From positions 2,170,001 through 2,234,000 of the forward strand of contig JANJGN010000038.1 in assembly GCA_026770705.1 (NCBI GenBank): DNA of 64,000 bases, read 5' to 3'. Below are positions 26,310-39,539 of this stretch, piece by piece (position 1 is the first letter of the stretch; every line of letters begins with the position of its first letter). The notes beneath the pieces are model-generated. The model ran no database searches. It saw nothing but the letters and a program-made list of their open reading frames with translations, and was not told where the DNA came from. This DNA is from Isurus oxyrinchus. Taxonomy: Eukaryota. The position numbers and the translations under genes were made by a program.

Positions 26310-28262
26310 GAGAAAGGCAAACAGCAGTGGGAAACCGGGGGATTGGGAAGGCTACAAAGACCAACAGAGGACAACTAAAAAAGAAATAAGGAGGGAGAAG
26401 ATTAAATATGAAGGTAAACTAGCCAATAATATAAAAAAATTTACAAAAGTTTTTTTAGATATAAAAAGGGTAAAAGAGAGGAGAAAGTTGACATTGGGCT
26501 GCTGGAAAATGACGCTGGAGAAGTAGTAGTGGGGAACAAAGAATTGGCGAAGGAACTGAATAAGCACTTTGCGTCAGTATTCACGGTGGAAGACACAAGT
26601 AACATTCCCAAAGTTCAAGATGGTCAGGGGGCAGAGGTGAGTATGGTGGCCATTACCAAGGTGAAGGTGCCAGGAAAACTGAAAGGTCTGAAGGTGCATA
26701 AATCCCCTGGACCAGATGGATTACACCCCAGAGTTCTGAAGGAGATAGCTCAAGAGATAGTGGAGGTGGTGGTGGTGATCTTTCAGGAATCACTGTAGTC
26801 AGGGATGGTCCCAGAGGGCTGGAAAATCGATAATGTAACCCCCCTGTTTAAGAAGGGAGTGAGGCAAAATATGGGAAATTACAGGTCGATTAGCCTGACC
26901 TCCGTCGTTGGAAAGATTTTAGAGACCATTATTAAGGATGATATTTCAGAATACTTCGAATTGCATGGTAAAATAGGGCAAAGTCAGCAGGGTTTTATCA
27001 AAGGGAAGGCATACCTGACAAATATGTTAGAATTCTTTGAGGAGGTAACGAGTAGGTTAGACAAAGGAGAGCCAATGGATGTTATCTACTTGGACTTCCA
27101 GAAGGCCTTTGACAAGTTGCAGCACAGGAAGCTGTTCAGTAAGATAAGAGCCTATGATTTTGGCGGCAAGGTAGTAGGATGGATAGAAGATTGGCTGTCT
27201 GGCAGGAGACAGAGAGTGGGGATAAGGGGATCCTTCTCAGGATGGCTGGTGACTAGCAGAGTTCCGCAGGAGTCAGTGTTGGGACCACAACTTTTCACTT
27301 TATATATTAGTGATCCAGATGAGGGAACTGAGGGCATCCTGGCTAAGTTTGCAGATTATAGAAAGATAGGTGGAGGGACAGTAGTATTTAGGAGGAAGGG
27401 AGGCTGCAGAACGATTTGGACAGGTTAGGACAATGGCCAAAGAAGTGGCAGATGGAATACAACGTGGGGAAGTGTGGGGTCATGCACTTTGGTAGGAAGA
27501 ATAGAGGCATAGACTATTTTCTAAATGGGGAGAGAATTCAGAAATCTGGAGTGCAAAAGAACTTGGGAGTCCGAGTCCAGGATTTTCTTAAGGTTATCTT
27601 GCAGGTTGGTTCGGTAGTTGGAAAGGCAAATGCAATGTTGGCATTTATTTCGAGAGGACTAGAATATAAAAGCAGGAATGTGCTGCTGAGGCTTCATAAG
27701 GCTCTGGTCAGACCACATTTAGTATATTGTGAGCAATGTTGGACCCGTATCTCAGGAAAGGATGTTCTGGTCCTGGAGAGGGTCCAGAGGATGTTCAAGA
27801 GAACGATCACAGGAATGAAAGGCTTAACACATGAGGAACGATTCAGGAGTCTGCGTCTATACTCGATGGAGTTGATAAGGATGAGGGGGATCTGATTGAA
27901 ACTTACTAAAAGGCCTGGATAGAGTGGAAGTGGGGAAGATGTTTCCCTTAATAGGAGAGACTAGGACCCGAGGGCTCAGCCTCAGAGTAAAGGGAAGACC
28001 TTTTAGAACAAAGATGAGGAGAAACTTCTTTAGCCAGCGACTGGTGAATCTATGGCAATCATTGCCACAGAAGGCTGTGGAAGCCAGGTATTGACTGTAT
28101 TTAAGACCGAGATAGATAGGTTGTTGATTGGTAAGGGGATCAAAGGTTACAGGGAGAAGGCAGGAGAATGGGGTTGAGAAACTTATCGGCCATGATTGAA
28201 TGGCGGAGCAGACTCGATGGGCCGAATGGCCGAATTTTTGCTCCTATGTCTTATGGTCTTAA
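26310..28262 (+). mobile_element. Second 5'-truncated CR1 LINE in tandem (RT domain relatively intact)
   Basis: ORFs 26529-27895 (NYRSISLTSVVGKILE, IYLDFQKAFD, VPQESVLGP, KFADY) and tail tatgtcttatggtcttaa. Confidence 0.95.
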
Positions 28263-29379
28263 GGCAAAAGAACATTTAATTCAGCTTCTAGTCTGCTGAT
28301 TAGTCTAACAGGACAGCATCGTCAGTGTTATCAAAGAAAATGAAATAAACTTCACTAATTTGCCTCTTCTGAAAGGGATATAAACAAGAAGCAACATCAT
28401 AAAAGAAAATATAAGTGTTACAATTCACTCTGTACAAAAATCCAATTTGTTTTCCGCCATTTTCCTGCCCGCACGATGCAAAGATTGTGGAGTTGTTGAC
28501 TCATCAATGCAATCAACCTCTATTAATAAGCCTATAAAAGAATCTGAACAAAGCGAGTAATGAGATTGTGGAGAGCTTTGAGAAGGGTTGGTTGAAATCA
28601 TTGCTGCAGTACTAGTAGGGTCTAGCATAGTTTTACTTGCGTTCCACGAGCAGCATTCCATTGATAAAAAGCAGCTGACAGGCCCATCACCTGAATGTGC
28701 TGGGTTGCTTTGGATGGACACTATCCTGAAGTCACACAAACCAACAGGCTGAGGTGCCTCAAGATTCCAGATTTGTACCATTCACTTCAGCAGAACCTTG
28801 GGCACATCACTTTGCAACTGATGGACAAGAGAGATGCAATTTTGGCGATACACTGGTGCAACTTAAAGATCCAAGTAGCTTAATTTCTGGTAAGGCATTT
28901 CCCCCCGAAACTCTTCAGTGTCTTTTGAAGGATTCTGAATTGTTTTTTAAGGGAAGTTGGTGATTTTGTGTGGATGTGTTGTACTTCATAAAGGTTGCAT
29001 GAAATGGCAGGAGAGCCATTAAGATTACAGCAAAACTGGTAGAACGTAACAGCGATAGAGGAGAGGGAAGGCTCTGTTCAATACTCTCTTACAAATTTGA
29101 ATTTGACACCTCCGCTCTTTTCACTGATGGGAAGCAAGCTAAAGCATCGAGCATACCGATGTGTCCTTACATTTGTGATTTCCTCCATAACATCCCCTCC
29201 AGTTCCTTGACTTGGCGCTCTGCAACAGAAGGTGTATGGTTTGTTTTGGGGCAGCCCCCTGTTAGCAGAAACACCACACGTGTTGCCACTGCAAAAGAGC
29301 AGTGCTGAAAAACGCTAAACAGACAATTGAATATTGTTTGTTTTCCTTATTTCCCAGATATTCTAATGGGTGGAATAAT

Positions 29380-31830
29380 TATAACCTCCTGTGAATTTCG
29401 TTCTTCCCTCATTACTTACGTCAAACTTATATTGTTTTATTCATTGTCGTATGTTCTCGTCCCTTAATAATCATGCGATACGTTTTGCCTTTTACCATGA
29501 TGACAGACTCAAAATATCTGTTCAACGCTTCCGCCATTTCCTTGCTTCCCATTATTAATTCCCCAGGATCATCTTCCAAGCATCCAATGCTAATTTCGTT
29601 ACTCTTTTTTTATATATATACATACATCTAATGCACACACATATTATAATTTTCTCCTGAGCTTTCTCTCTCGCACTAATTTCTATCTCCTTATTGTTTC
29701 TTTTTAGTAGTTACTTGCTTGTTTATAAAGTCTACCTAACATTCTGATCTTTGCTGTAAATTTGTTTCAATGTGATACTAACTTTAACTTCTTAAGTTAT
29801 CCACGAATGGTGCACGCTTCCCATTGAATATTTATTTCTCATTGGAATTCATCTTTCCTGAGAGTTGTGAAATATTTCCTTAAATATCTATCACTAGGAG
29901 CTCTTTTACCCAGGTGTTATGAATTAATTGTGACTCATTGTGCATTACCATGTCTGAAATAGCCGACTACCTGATTGGCACGAGAACATACTGAATTTAG
30001 ATATTGAACACCATGAACTCATCTTCTAGGCTGCCTTGTTAATCTGATTGGTGGAACCTATATGAAGATTAAAATATCTGGCTTTCCATTGACTTTCTTT
30101 CAAGCCATATTTATTTTTCCTGTATACTCCGTACTATGATGTAAATACTTTTAGGGAACCTATAAACTACTCCCACAAGAGAATTCTGACATCTGCTGTT
30201 TCTTATCTCCTCCCAATCTGATTGTACATCTTGACCTTGTGAACAAAGGTCATCGCTCACTACTGTACTAATGTTAACCTCAGTTATCCAAGCTATGCCA
30301 CCACCTATTTCTAGTTTCCCGCCATTCTGAAATTTGGAAGACGTTTGATTAGTCATTTGACATCTATGGTCAACTTGCAACGACCTCTGTAAAGCGTCAA
30401 TCAGGCCATGCATATTTATGTCTACTGATGTTATCAATTCATTAATTTTGTTCTGAATGCTGTGCACATTCAGATACACAGCTTAAAATCCTGCTTTTTG
30501 TTACCAATCTCGTAAACACTGGTTTATACACTCTGTCACTTCCTGCCACACTCTGGTTACCATCAAACATTTCACTTTCCTGCCCTATTTCCTTGTTCTT
30601 TATCCTTAATTCACCACATTTCCTCTCAAGTGATCGCTGTACCCCTGACACTCCCAACAACCGTCCCCAGCAACCACCCCCTCTCCCGACTCCCGAAATA
30701 TTTAGCTTAAAGCCCTCTCCACCGCCCTAGGTATAGAACACGTCAGAACACAGATCCCAGTATGACTCAGGTGAAAACCATCCCACATTCCCGCTTTCTA
30801 CAGTACTGGCACCAGTAAGCCATGAAGTGCAACCGATTTCTCACACATCACCCTTTGATCGATGCATTCCACTCCGTACTCACATTTATCATGCGATAAT
30901 TTGCGGCGCAGCTATCGCATTAATGCAGGGATTATTGCCTTTCTGGTCCTGCTTTTTAAACTTTGACCCTAGCTACCTATAATCCATAAGAAGCAGCTCT
31001 AACTTGGTCCGATCTATGGCCCTGGTATCTACAAGTTCTATGGAAACTTCATATTCCATCTCCAACCCGGAACTCATGTCCTGACTTGCAACACCGGGCA
31101 GATGACAGAGCCTTCTGGACTGAAGCTCTCAGCTGCAGAAACCCGTGTCGACCCCCTGGCTATACTGTCTCCTACTTGCTCTCGATTTCTGGTTAATACC
31201 CCACACCCCCATTTCAATGGCTTCCTGAACCTCGAATCCATGGCCAGATCAATTATCAATGCTACAACCAACGATTTGGTTCACATGAGCTCCAAGTACC
31301 TAATACCGATTTGACCATTTCAAGGGCTCAGGCTGCTCCACTTCAAACTTCTCAATCTCCATATCTGACTTACTCACAGCCATTCCCTTCACTGTATGAC
31401 AACGGACCAAATCAGGAGACCCTAGCCAAAGCCATGTGTCTGCCATCTGGAACAAAGTGCCCAGGTAACTTTCGCCGTTCCTGCAGCATCGCAGCATCCA
31501 AAGCCCAGGGTCGAGCTCACTAACTCTCAGATGAGTTACTTGAGCTTCAGACACTTACTGCATGTGTGGATGATATAGACATCCACCAGCACCTACATAC
31601 TACAGTTGCAACACAACACCTCCCTTACTCTCCATATTATGATTTAATTAATTAATCAATTAATTGATTTCTTTGTTACGTTTCAATCAATGCTTCTCGG
31701 CCCGGTTCTGCTTATGTTTTATTCCTTTATCATTCAATTAATCTCGTACTGAGACATCGTCATTAAACTTCCCCGTTTAAAAAATAGAGAAAGAGAAAAT
31801 ACTCACCAGACAATCACTTATCTTCTTTGC
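29380..31830 (-). mobile_element. Decayed CR1 LINE 5' half (ORF1 + endonuclease), antisense
   Basis: ORF 30111-30479 (YLNVHSIQNKINEL...LVGVVYR) is the APE domain. VGDSIARG (esterase GDS motif) occurs in ORF 31074-31271. Confidence 0.82.
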
Positions 31831-33239
31831 TATTGGATCACTCTTCGAGTTCTCCACAATGCTCTGAACTCACAGGCCCACCCGTTGAGATCTACAAACT
31901 CTCGTTGCTGTCTCCAGATATCTCTTTATTTCTGGTCTGCAGTTTGTTTCTTCTGCAGTTAATGGAGGCTGAGAGATGGTTCAAAAACTGGTGCCTCTTT
32001 GCTCCTCGGCATCTAATTCCCACTTAAGCCAATTTCCCGACTGTTCGCGCGGCTTACTTCACACTCCTGTGTAGTTTCCTCTCTGTGTGTCCCGCTTACT
32101 AAATTGAAGAGCCAACGGTGAACAGTTGACTGAAACGAAAGAGGCGGTGTGGATACAGCGTCTTAACTCTAAAAGTGGGCTCAAATCAATTGGTTAAAGG
32201 ATAAAAAGTTGCAATGATAACATGCTAAGTGAAAGAGAAGGAGTTTGAGGAAGCAGAGAAAAAGGAAGAAAGGACTCGAGGTAGCAGAATAATTGGATGG
32301 AAGGAGTGATGCACTGGTAGAAAGAGTGGAGAGACATTGTGGTAAATGGGAGAGCTACAATTGGGATGGGAATGTAAGTTGAAGTGGTGTATAGAGGCAG
32401 TGGGAAAATTGAATGAGGTATTCTGGATAGTTGGAAGAGGAGGGGTGCAGGAAGATGTGCCATTGGAACTATTTGACATAGGCATTGAAATTTGTTATTG
32501 ATACGAAATTCGGAACGTTTCAAACAGAAGGTAGGAATGAAAGCTTGGAAGAGAAATTGAGGCATGGGACATTGAAAATGCGAATCCTAAAACGTAATAC
32601 TCCCAACAGAGAGTAACAATATGAGGAATGCAGATGAAATGATTTCAAAGCGTGTGATTACGGATGGTGAAGGCTACTAAAAAGGTACTTTGGTCTCTGA
32701 GTTTTACAAGGGTGTTGGATAGAACCTGTATCCAAGGTGATGTGAATTCATGCATAACATAGACAAAGCCGCAGATTGCTTATCAGGTGTTAATTGTGAA
32801 CTTAGGTATACACTGCTGCACTACATTGATTGGATGGTTACTTGAGCACTTTTAAAGAGAGACTTACTGACACAATTGACTGCATATTACTGTTGCACGT
32901 CAATGGAAGGTTCTGCACGCTGTGTTCAGCTGTGTTTCAACTTCCAGAATCGCCATCAGCGCACACATAATAGCATGGTAACTGCAACCAGTTAGCGCCC
33001 AGGACGGGTTACAGAGCGTCATCCTGCCAAATGAGAGGTGAAGGGAGGCATGTCCGGTCTCTGAGGCTGCAGATCATGACTCAAAATAAAGTAAGGTCCA
33101 ACACGCTGAAGGGCCCCTTGGCACGGATCAGTGTCAGGTAAACCATCAGATGGTCTCCCGAGTGCATCTTTTGTATCTGATGACGATTTGTGCATTTTCC
33201 AGTCTGGACAGATAAGCCAATTTAATTTATGGCTAAAGT

Positions 33240-33750
33240 AAAAGTGAAATACTGTGGACGTTGGAAATCTGAAATTTAAAAACAAAATCAGAAAATACTT
33301 GAAAAAGCTCAGCAGGTCTGGCAGCATTTGCGGAGGTCGAATCAGAGAATGTTTTGAGATCCTTTGACTCTTCTTCAGAACTAAATAGCGGTAGAAATAC
33401 GATGGGTTTTACACTGGTGAAGCGAAGGGGTGGAGCAAAGTAGAATCCAGAGATAGTTGGGAGCACAAGAGAGATTTGACAAAGATGCCATGTACAGAAG
33501 CCAATGGTAGTGCTAAAGACTAAGGCCAGTGCCAATAGTGGCATAAATGTCAGATAGCAGAATGTGATAACAGCAGAACAAGGTTCCGTGCTATGTGAAA
33601 GCAAAACATAAGAACACGTTAGAGACGGCCCTCGTAAAAGGGCAGGGGGTGGGTGTGGTAAAAGTATCAAAATAGAGGGCGGAGTGCATGGTGTGAAGTT
33701 GTTGAACTCAATGTTAAATCCAGGAGCCTTTAAAGTGCCTAATCAGAAGA
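33240..33750 (-). mobile_element. Penelope-like element 3' end (minus copy)
   Basis: Reverse complement of the shark PLE terminal sequence (ccagacctgctgagc...cagatttccaac), with a degenerate hammerhead at ~33350-33382 and a GIY-YIG C-terminal remnant near 33700-33750. Confidence 0.8.
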
Positions 33751-33759
33751 TAAGGCTTA

Positions 33760-34880
33760 CAATTAGGTGCTTTACAGCCTTCTGGACTTAACACTAAGTT
33801 CATGGCTTCAGACCTGCATGTTGATTTCTTTCCCCAACCATATCCTCCCACAGGGCAAGTCTGTAACTTGTTTTTTTGCTTTGCTTTCACAGACACTGAC
33901 CTGTCAGTAACACATTCTGCCATCTGACCTTTACATCAGCATTAACACCTACCTTAGACTTTATCACTATCATTACCATTCTGTCTTAGGAACATAGTAA
34001 CAGGAAAAGGCCATTCAGTCGGTCGAGCCTGCTTCACCATTCAATATAATCATGGTTGAACGAACAGTTCAATGGCTTTTACCCACACTATCTCCACAAC
34101 ACTTTATGTTATTATTAACGAGAAATCTGTCAATCTCTACCTTAAGCATATGGAATTGTTAAGGTTTCACGACCCGCTGGGGTAGAGAAATCCAAAGATT
34201 TACAACCCTCTGAACAAAGAAATTTTCCCTCATCTCGGTCCTAAGTGGCATCCCCCTTATTTCGGATTTGTGACCGCTGTTTCTACGCTCAACAACCAGG
34301 AAAATATCTTATCTGCATCTACCCTGTCTATTCATTTAAGAATTTTGTAGGTTTCAATGAAATCACCTCTCATTCTTCGAAACTCTAGAGAATACAAGCC
34401 CAAATTCCTCAACCTCTCTTCATCAGACAGTCCCCCCAACCCAGGAGTAAGCCTGGCGAATCTTCGTTGCACTCCCTCTATGGCAATAATACCCATCCTA
34501 AGGTAAGCGGGCCAAAACTGCCCACAGCACTCTAGTTGTGGTCTAACCAAGCTTCTATACAATTGAAGTAAGACTTCAATGCTTCTGCACTCAAATTCTC
34601 TTATGGTAAAGGCCGACATTCCATTAGCCTTCCTATGTGTTTGCTGCACCTGTATGTGTTGTGTGCATGGCATTTTGTCATTTCTCGTCTGAGCTCCCAG
34701 CTATCCCTGACCTTCTATTTTGCTTCACCTGCCCCGCCTCTCTCTTCTGCAGTGGAAACAAGCACATTTCTACCTCTCTTCACCTCTGAACAAGAGTCAT
34801 ACGGACCCCAAACATTAACACTGTTTCTCTCTTCACTGATGCTACCAGACGTACAGAGATTTTCCAGCATTTTCAGTTCT
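33760..34880 (+). mobile_element. Penelope-like element 3' end (plus copy), interrupted by a CR1
   Basis: Inverted mirror of 33240-33750. It resumes at ~34660 after the CR1 insertion and ends gatgctaccagac...tttccagcatttt. Confidence 0.72.
33988..34650 (-). mobile_element. CR1 LINE 3' fragment
   Basis: ORF 34332-34673 (LYRSLVRPQLECCGQFW...RRMRGDFIETYKIL). Confidence 0.92.
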
Positions 34881-35039
34881 CATATTAAATTTTGGCTAAT
34901 CTCCGCCAATCTTGTAAATCTGCATAGGTGGCAGAATTTTAAAACATCAATAAGTCTCTCACTTTCTGTCAATGATCTGTCAACATTTATTGCATATTTC
35001 CATACATAGTTGTCTGCGCCATCGGAGCGAGGGAAATGG

Positions 35040-35262
35040 TGTGTTATCAAGGGGAAAGCTTCCCCCAGGTTCGATGAGGCCGTTCTCGGTCCCCACCTGC
35101 ATGTAGCATGTGATCGAGGTGATCGGCTCATGCCCAGCGGTGGGAAGACGGGAAGCCCAGGCAGACTCGTGGTCCACGAGGTCAACGGTGCTAACGTGGC
35201 AATGAGAACTTGCCCCAGTACCACAAAAAGCTCAAAGGCGTCATGAGATCAGTTGCAGGTAG
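35040..35262 (+). mobile_element. Harbinger-type Myb/SANT-like gene remnant
   Basis: KGKASPRFDEAVL...DRLMPSGG...EVNGANVAMRT resembles Harbinger Myb-like DNA-binding proteins. An inverted sister copy lies at 36045-36255. Confidence 0.6.
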
Positions 35263-35321
35263 ATACATCTGTGCCTGTAAACCCTTGGGGTAGCATAAGC
35301 TCCTCTGCACCGCTGCTGAGG

Positions 35322-35462
35322 GGGCTGAATTTTACGCTCCCAGATTGGAGGCGTTTATTGCTTGATTGATCAGATGATGGGGCGTGATGACGTCTGACAC
35401 CGTTTATGACGTCATCAAGCCTGTTTCCGGGAACACTGCACCCGGCGGGTCAAAATTCAGGA
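35322..35462. mobile_element. Small MITE-like element with TIRs
   Basis: GGGCTGAATTTTAC (35322-35335) ... GTCAAAATTCAGGA (35449-35462), with an internal inverted pair TGATGACGTC / GACGTCATCA. Confidence 0.5.
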
Positions 35463-36044
35463 TCCCACCCGCATCACTGAAATATGAATGTAAAAGGCAA
35501 TTCAGCCGTTAACTACCCATCTCACTGCTATAATGCGGTCAGGAGGCAATTTTACGCTTTCAGGGCCAGGCTTTGCACAGTTGGGAAAACTTTTCTTTTT
35601 AAGGTGATGCTTGTTTGGGCGGGTTTTAAAACTGCAGCGCCTCAGCTTTACAGTTCAAATTCTATTGACTTCAGGAAGTGCTCATTTGAGTGAAGAGGGA
35701 AACCTTTGGGATATTTGTTATGAGGAGAACTCTCCTCTAATGCAGAGGGCCCTTTTGATGTAATATTTTCCAATCCATTAACAAGGGGTGCGGGGTGAAA
35801 ATTGTCAAAGACAGATGGGGATTGTTGCCTCAGTTGGTGAGTCAACCTCCAGTGAGGAGGAGGAGAGTAGGAATAGGAGGAGGAGGCGAGATGGAGAACA
35901 GAACACGGGGAGGTTCAGGTTGCTGTAGTTCCGTGAAGGAAATAGACCAGGGCTGGACCACAACGGTCAGAAACAAACCAAAATACTTAGCAAAGGCATA
36001 GGCAAACCTCTGCCTCCCCAAGTGTGTAAGGCTGAGATTTAACT

Positions 36045-36255
36045 ACCCGCATCAGATCTCACGAAGTCGTTGATCCTTTTATGGCACTGGGCCAAGTCCT
36101 CCTCACCAGGTAAACACTGTTGACCCCGTTGGTCATCTCCAATACAGTATGATTCTGCCTGGGCTTCGTCCTTTTCCCAGCGCTCGACATAAACTGACCA
36201 CATGTATCATATCAGCACAGAGAAGGGCATTAAGCGTGGCCTCGATGAAGGGGAG
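36045..36255 (-). mobile_element. Harbinger-type Myb/SANT-like gene remnant (inverted copy)
   Basis: Minus strand GVNSVYLVRRT..QCHKRINDFVRS (36063-36089) matches the QCRKRxNDL Myb/SANT motif. Confidence 0.68.
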
Positions 36256-36598
36256 GCGGTAGCATAGTGGTCCTGCAGTTGCCCCCGTGTAATGCGCTGG
36301 AGACCCTGCTTAAAATCCTGCGGGGCCGATGGTGAAGTTTGTATTCAATAAAGAAAATCTGGAATTTTTGCCTCAAGGTGACCATGAAGCCATTGCTGAT
36401 TGCTGTAAAAACCCATGTGATTCACTAATGTCCTTTAGGGGAGGAGATCTGCTGTCCTTGCCTGGTCTGGCCTACATGTGACCCCAGACCCATAGCAATG
36501 CGTTTGACTCTTAAATTCCCGCTGAACAAGGGCAATTAGGTTCAGCAATAAATGCTTGCATAGCCACTGACTTCCACACCCCATGAAGGTGTACAAAT
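36255..36598 (+). mobile_element. tRNA-derived SINE with CR1-family-2 3' tail
   Basis: A-box-like tagcatagtgg head, conserved core (aaaaacccat.tg.ttcactaatgtcctttaggg) and tail aagggcaattagg...aataaatgc. Confidence 0.8.
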
Positions 36599-36799
36599 AA
36601 AACTGGGGGGGGGGGGCAGCTTTGCCCCTTCTGGAACGCCTCTCCTCTCCCCGTGATGGGGCAGATATCTGTGCATGGAAACATGTGATAAATGTCCAGC
36701 TCCCCAATGATAAATGGTGGGAGACTTGCTGAACCCTGAAAGTTCTGCCATTTATGAAAAATAACATAGTTGATAGAGATTATCTAAAATATATAAGAA

Positions 36800-37365
36800 A
36801 ACAAAAAATGCTGCAAACACTCCGCCAGCCTGGCAGTATCTGTAGAGACAGAAATAGAGTTAACTGTTCACGCCCATCCAACTAGTCAGAGCTGAATAGA
36901 GGTAGAAATATGGTTAGTTTTACGTTGTTGAAGAGAGGGGGTGAAGCACTTGGAACAAAAGAGAAGGTCAGGAATAACTGGGAGATCAGCTGAGATTTGT
37001 CAAAGGTGTCATGGACACAAAACAACGAAGGTGGTAATGATAGTGTTAAAGTGCTGTTCCTTTCTGTTGGATTGGGGAACTGGAGGAACAACACTTCATC
37101 TTCCGACTCAGCACTTTGCAGCCTTCTGGATTCAACACTGAATTCAACAAGTTCAGATTATAAACTCTGTCATGCTCAACCCACCTCCTCCCACAGGGCC
37201 AAACTGTAACTTGTTCTTATGTTTTGCTTTTAGAGAGTACTGATCCTTGTTGTGCTTTTAGCAAAATCTGCTACCTGACTATTATGCCACTGTTAGGAGC
37301 TGATGTAGGTTTAAAATACATAACTGCCATCCTTGTTGTCTTGCTACATGACATTTTCATCATCT
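36800..37365. mobile_element. Penelope-like element with inverted arrangement; GIY-YIG C-terminus
   Basis: Minus terminal sequence at 36800-37050, then plus strand LEEQHFIFRLSTLQPSGFNTEFNKFRL* (37080-37163), the typical PLE GIY-YIG end. Confidence 0.85.
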
Positions 37366-37399
37366 CCGCTACATAATTGGATACCACGTGTTCCAGCCG

Positions 37400-37770
37400 G
37401 TTGTATTCCCTTTTCACTTTCTTGTAACAGCTTGATCCGACTTCATGGTTTCCTGGGTCACTTCAGAGGGAATTTCAAATTCAACCACATTGCTGTGGAT
37501 TTGAAGCTGCATCTAGGTCAGAACAGGTATGGACAGTTAATTCCCTCCCTTACATAACATTACATAACCAGAAGTTTTCTTTTTACGGCGATACTGACAT
37601 AAGTACAGAGATGAGTTTCAATTATTTTTTCTGTTTATTAAATAATTGAATTGAAATTCCACCAGCCACCTGTGGTGGGCTTTGACCCCGTGCTCCCTAA
37701 GCATCAGTATGGCGTTCGGTATTACTGGTTCAGTTTTTTACATTTCCACTCCATCACCATTTCCCCAAAT
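37400..37770 (-). mobile_element. tRNA-derived SINE (same family as 36255), antisense
   Basis: Reverse-complement similarity to 36255-36598. Confidence 0.7.
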
Positions 37771-39539
37771 CCCAGTGACTCAAGACACCAAACCAGATTC
37801 ATTGTGCTTTGTGACAGGGTGGTGAGCGTTTATTTTGTAGCCCACTCATTGCCTTATTGTAAAGTTTGAGCTGAAACCTTTGACATGAAGCTCCTTGAGC
37901 AACTTAAAGGTTCTGAATAGGGTGAGTTGGTGACACTTGTCACAGAAATTGAACGAATAAAAATTAAAATGATTGTAATTTGATAGAAAATGCTATAATA
38001 GTCTGTTTTAGGTTTTTCAAAAGTTTTCTTGGTGAGAATGGTAACACTGATTAAGACAATTTTTGAATTACATCATTTAACATTTTCACTGAACAGGGCA
38101 GTTGTTCCCTTAGGAGTTCTTTAGAAAAATGACGAAGTCAACCAGATCTTCTCATGAACGCCTTTAAGGCAAGAAGTGCTCTTTTCTGAGTAATCTTTAC
38201 ATGGTGTAACCATAAAGTCACCTTACTCAATGAAATTATTAGATATGAATGAAATCAATAGCAATATTGCCAAAAAAAAACTCAATCACTCTTAACTCCA
38301 GCAACGGTGGGAGCAAATAAATGACAATAAATGATTGTGTTTTTTTCCACAATAAAATCACACCCTCTGCTGTTGCATTATATGATCTGAAATGAATGAT
38401 TATTTTCAGGACCGGGAATTAAGTAATGGAAAATCACAGGAAAGTGTGGTAAATTGCTGGATCAGGAACCCACGCATTAACAACGTGGAAATACTTGGAA
38501 CCTCTGTGACAACATTATAAATTGAAAGGTAGATATTCCAATCATCGAAAACTAAAGAAAATCACACCGAAATCAGGGAAAAGATAAACCGGAGGCATTC
38601 ATGGATATATATATAAAATTAAAGAATAGAAAATATATGACAGTGCTCTTTCAGGATGCAGTGTACAAAGGGGAATATCCAACAACTCTATCTATCAGGA
38701 AAATCAGGGATTGTATCAGAGATTATGTCAGGGCTTGTGCAAGAGAGCATGTACTGGAGTTCCATCTATCAGGAGATCAGAGATTGGAGAATAGAGGATG
38801 TCCTGGAGTTCCATCTATCAGGAAGTGGTCGAGGTCGCAGCTGGAGGAGTTCTATGCGACTGGACCAGATGAGTTTTTTCATCCGTGCCTGCCCCACCCC
38901 TCCGAAATTTAAATTTGTTTCAAAATGGAACAGAATAGTTCTACTGGTTTCAATTGATATGATGTGAGGACGGAATAATAACATTATAGGAAGTCACAGG
39001 AGATGTAAAGATTGTGCATGTTTTGGTACAACGCAATTATTTGAAAGACTTGAATGACAATGTACCCAAGCAGTCGCAAATCTCTAGGGCATAATGAGGG
39101 GTGAGAGATGACAGTTCTGAAAAGACTTAACAGGATTTGTTTTTCATTAGAGGTCTGGAACTGATAAAGGTGAAAAAAATGGACATTCAATAGCTATAAG
39201 GTTTTTAAGAAAGAAAACAAATGTGGTTTGGTTTCTCTGATCTGCTACGGGAGGGAAGCTTCGTGCCACTGTTCAGGATAATTTAATGCAATATTAAGAT
39301 CAAATAATTATAGGGTCTGGAGGTTGATGAAATGGTTGTGGAGATGTGTTAACAGAGGATCAATTGAATTTGTTATTAGTCAGAGTGCATGAATTAATTT
39401 AACAAAAAACATTTGGGTTAATTGGTTTTGGAAAGCAGGACATTCAAAGGTTTCATTCGAGAAATTGCCTTAGGTTCCATGGTGCTCTTGTGGTTGTGGA
39501 GCCACTGAGAGGCAGTTTCGATTCTCGGTCAGCTGAGCA

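Noticed and set aside
26529-27895. Reverse-transcriptase ORFs as an active element or domesticated gene
   Set aside because: 5'-truncated, with stops, frameshifts and a mutated FADD motif (FADY); an ordinary dead CR1 copy
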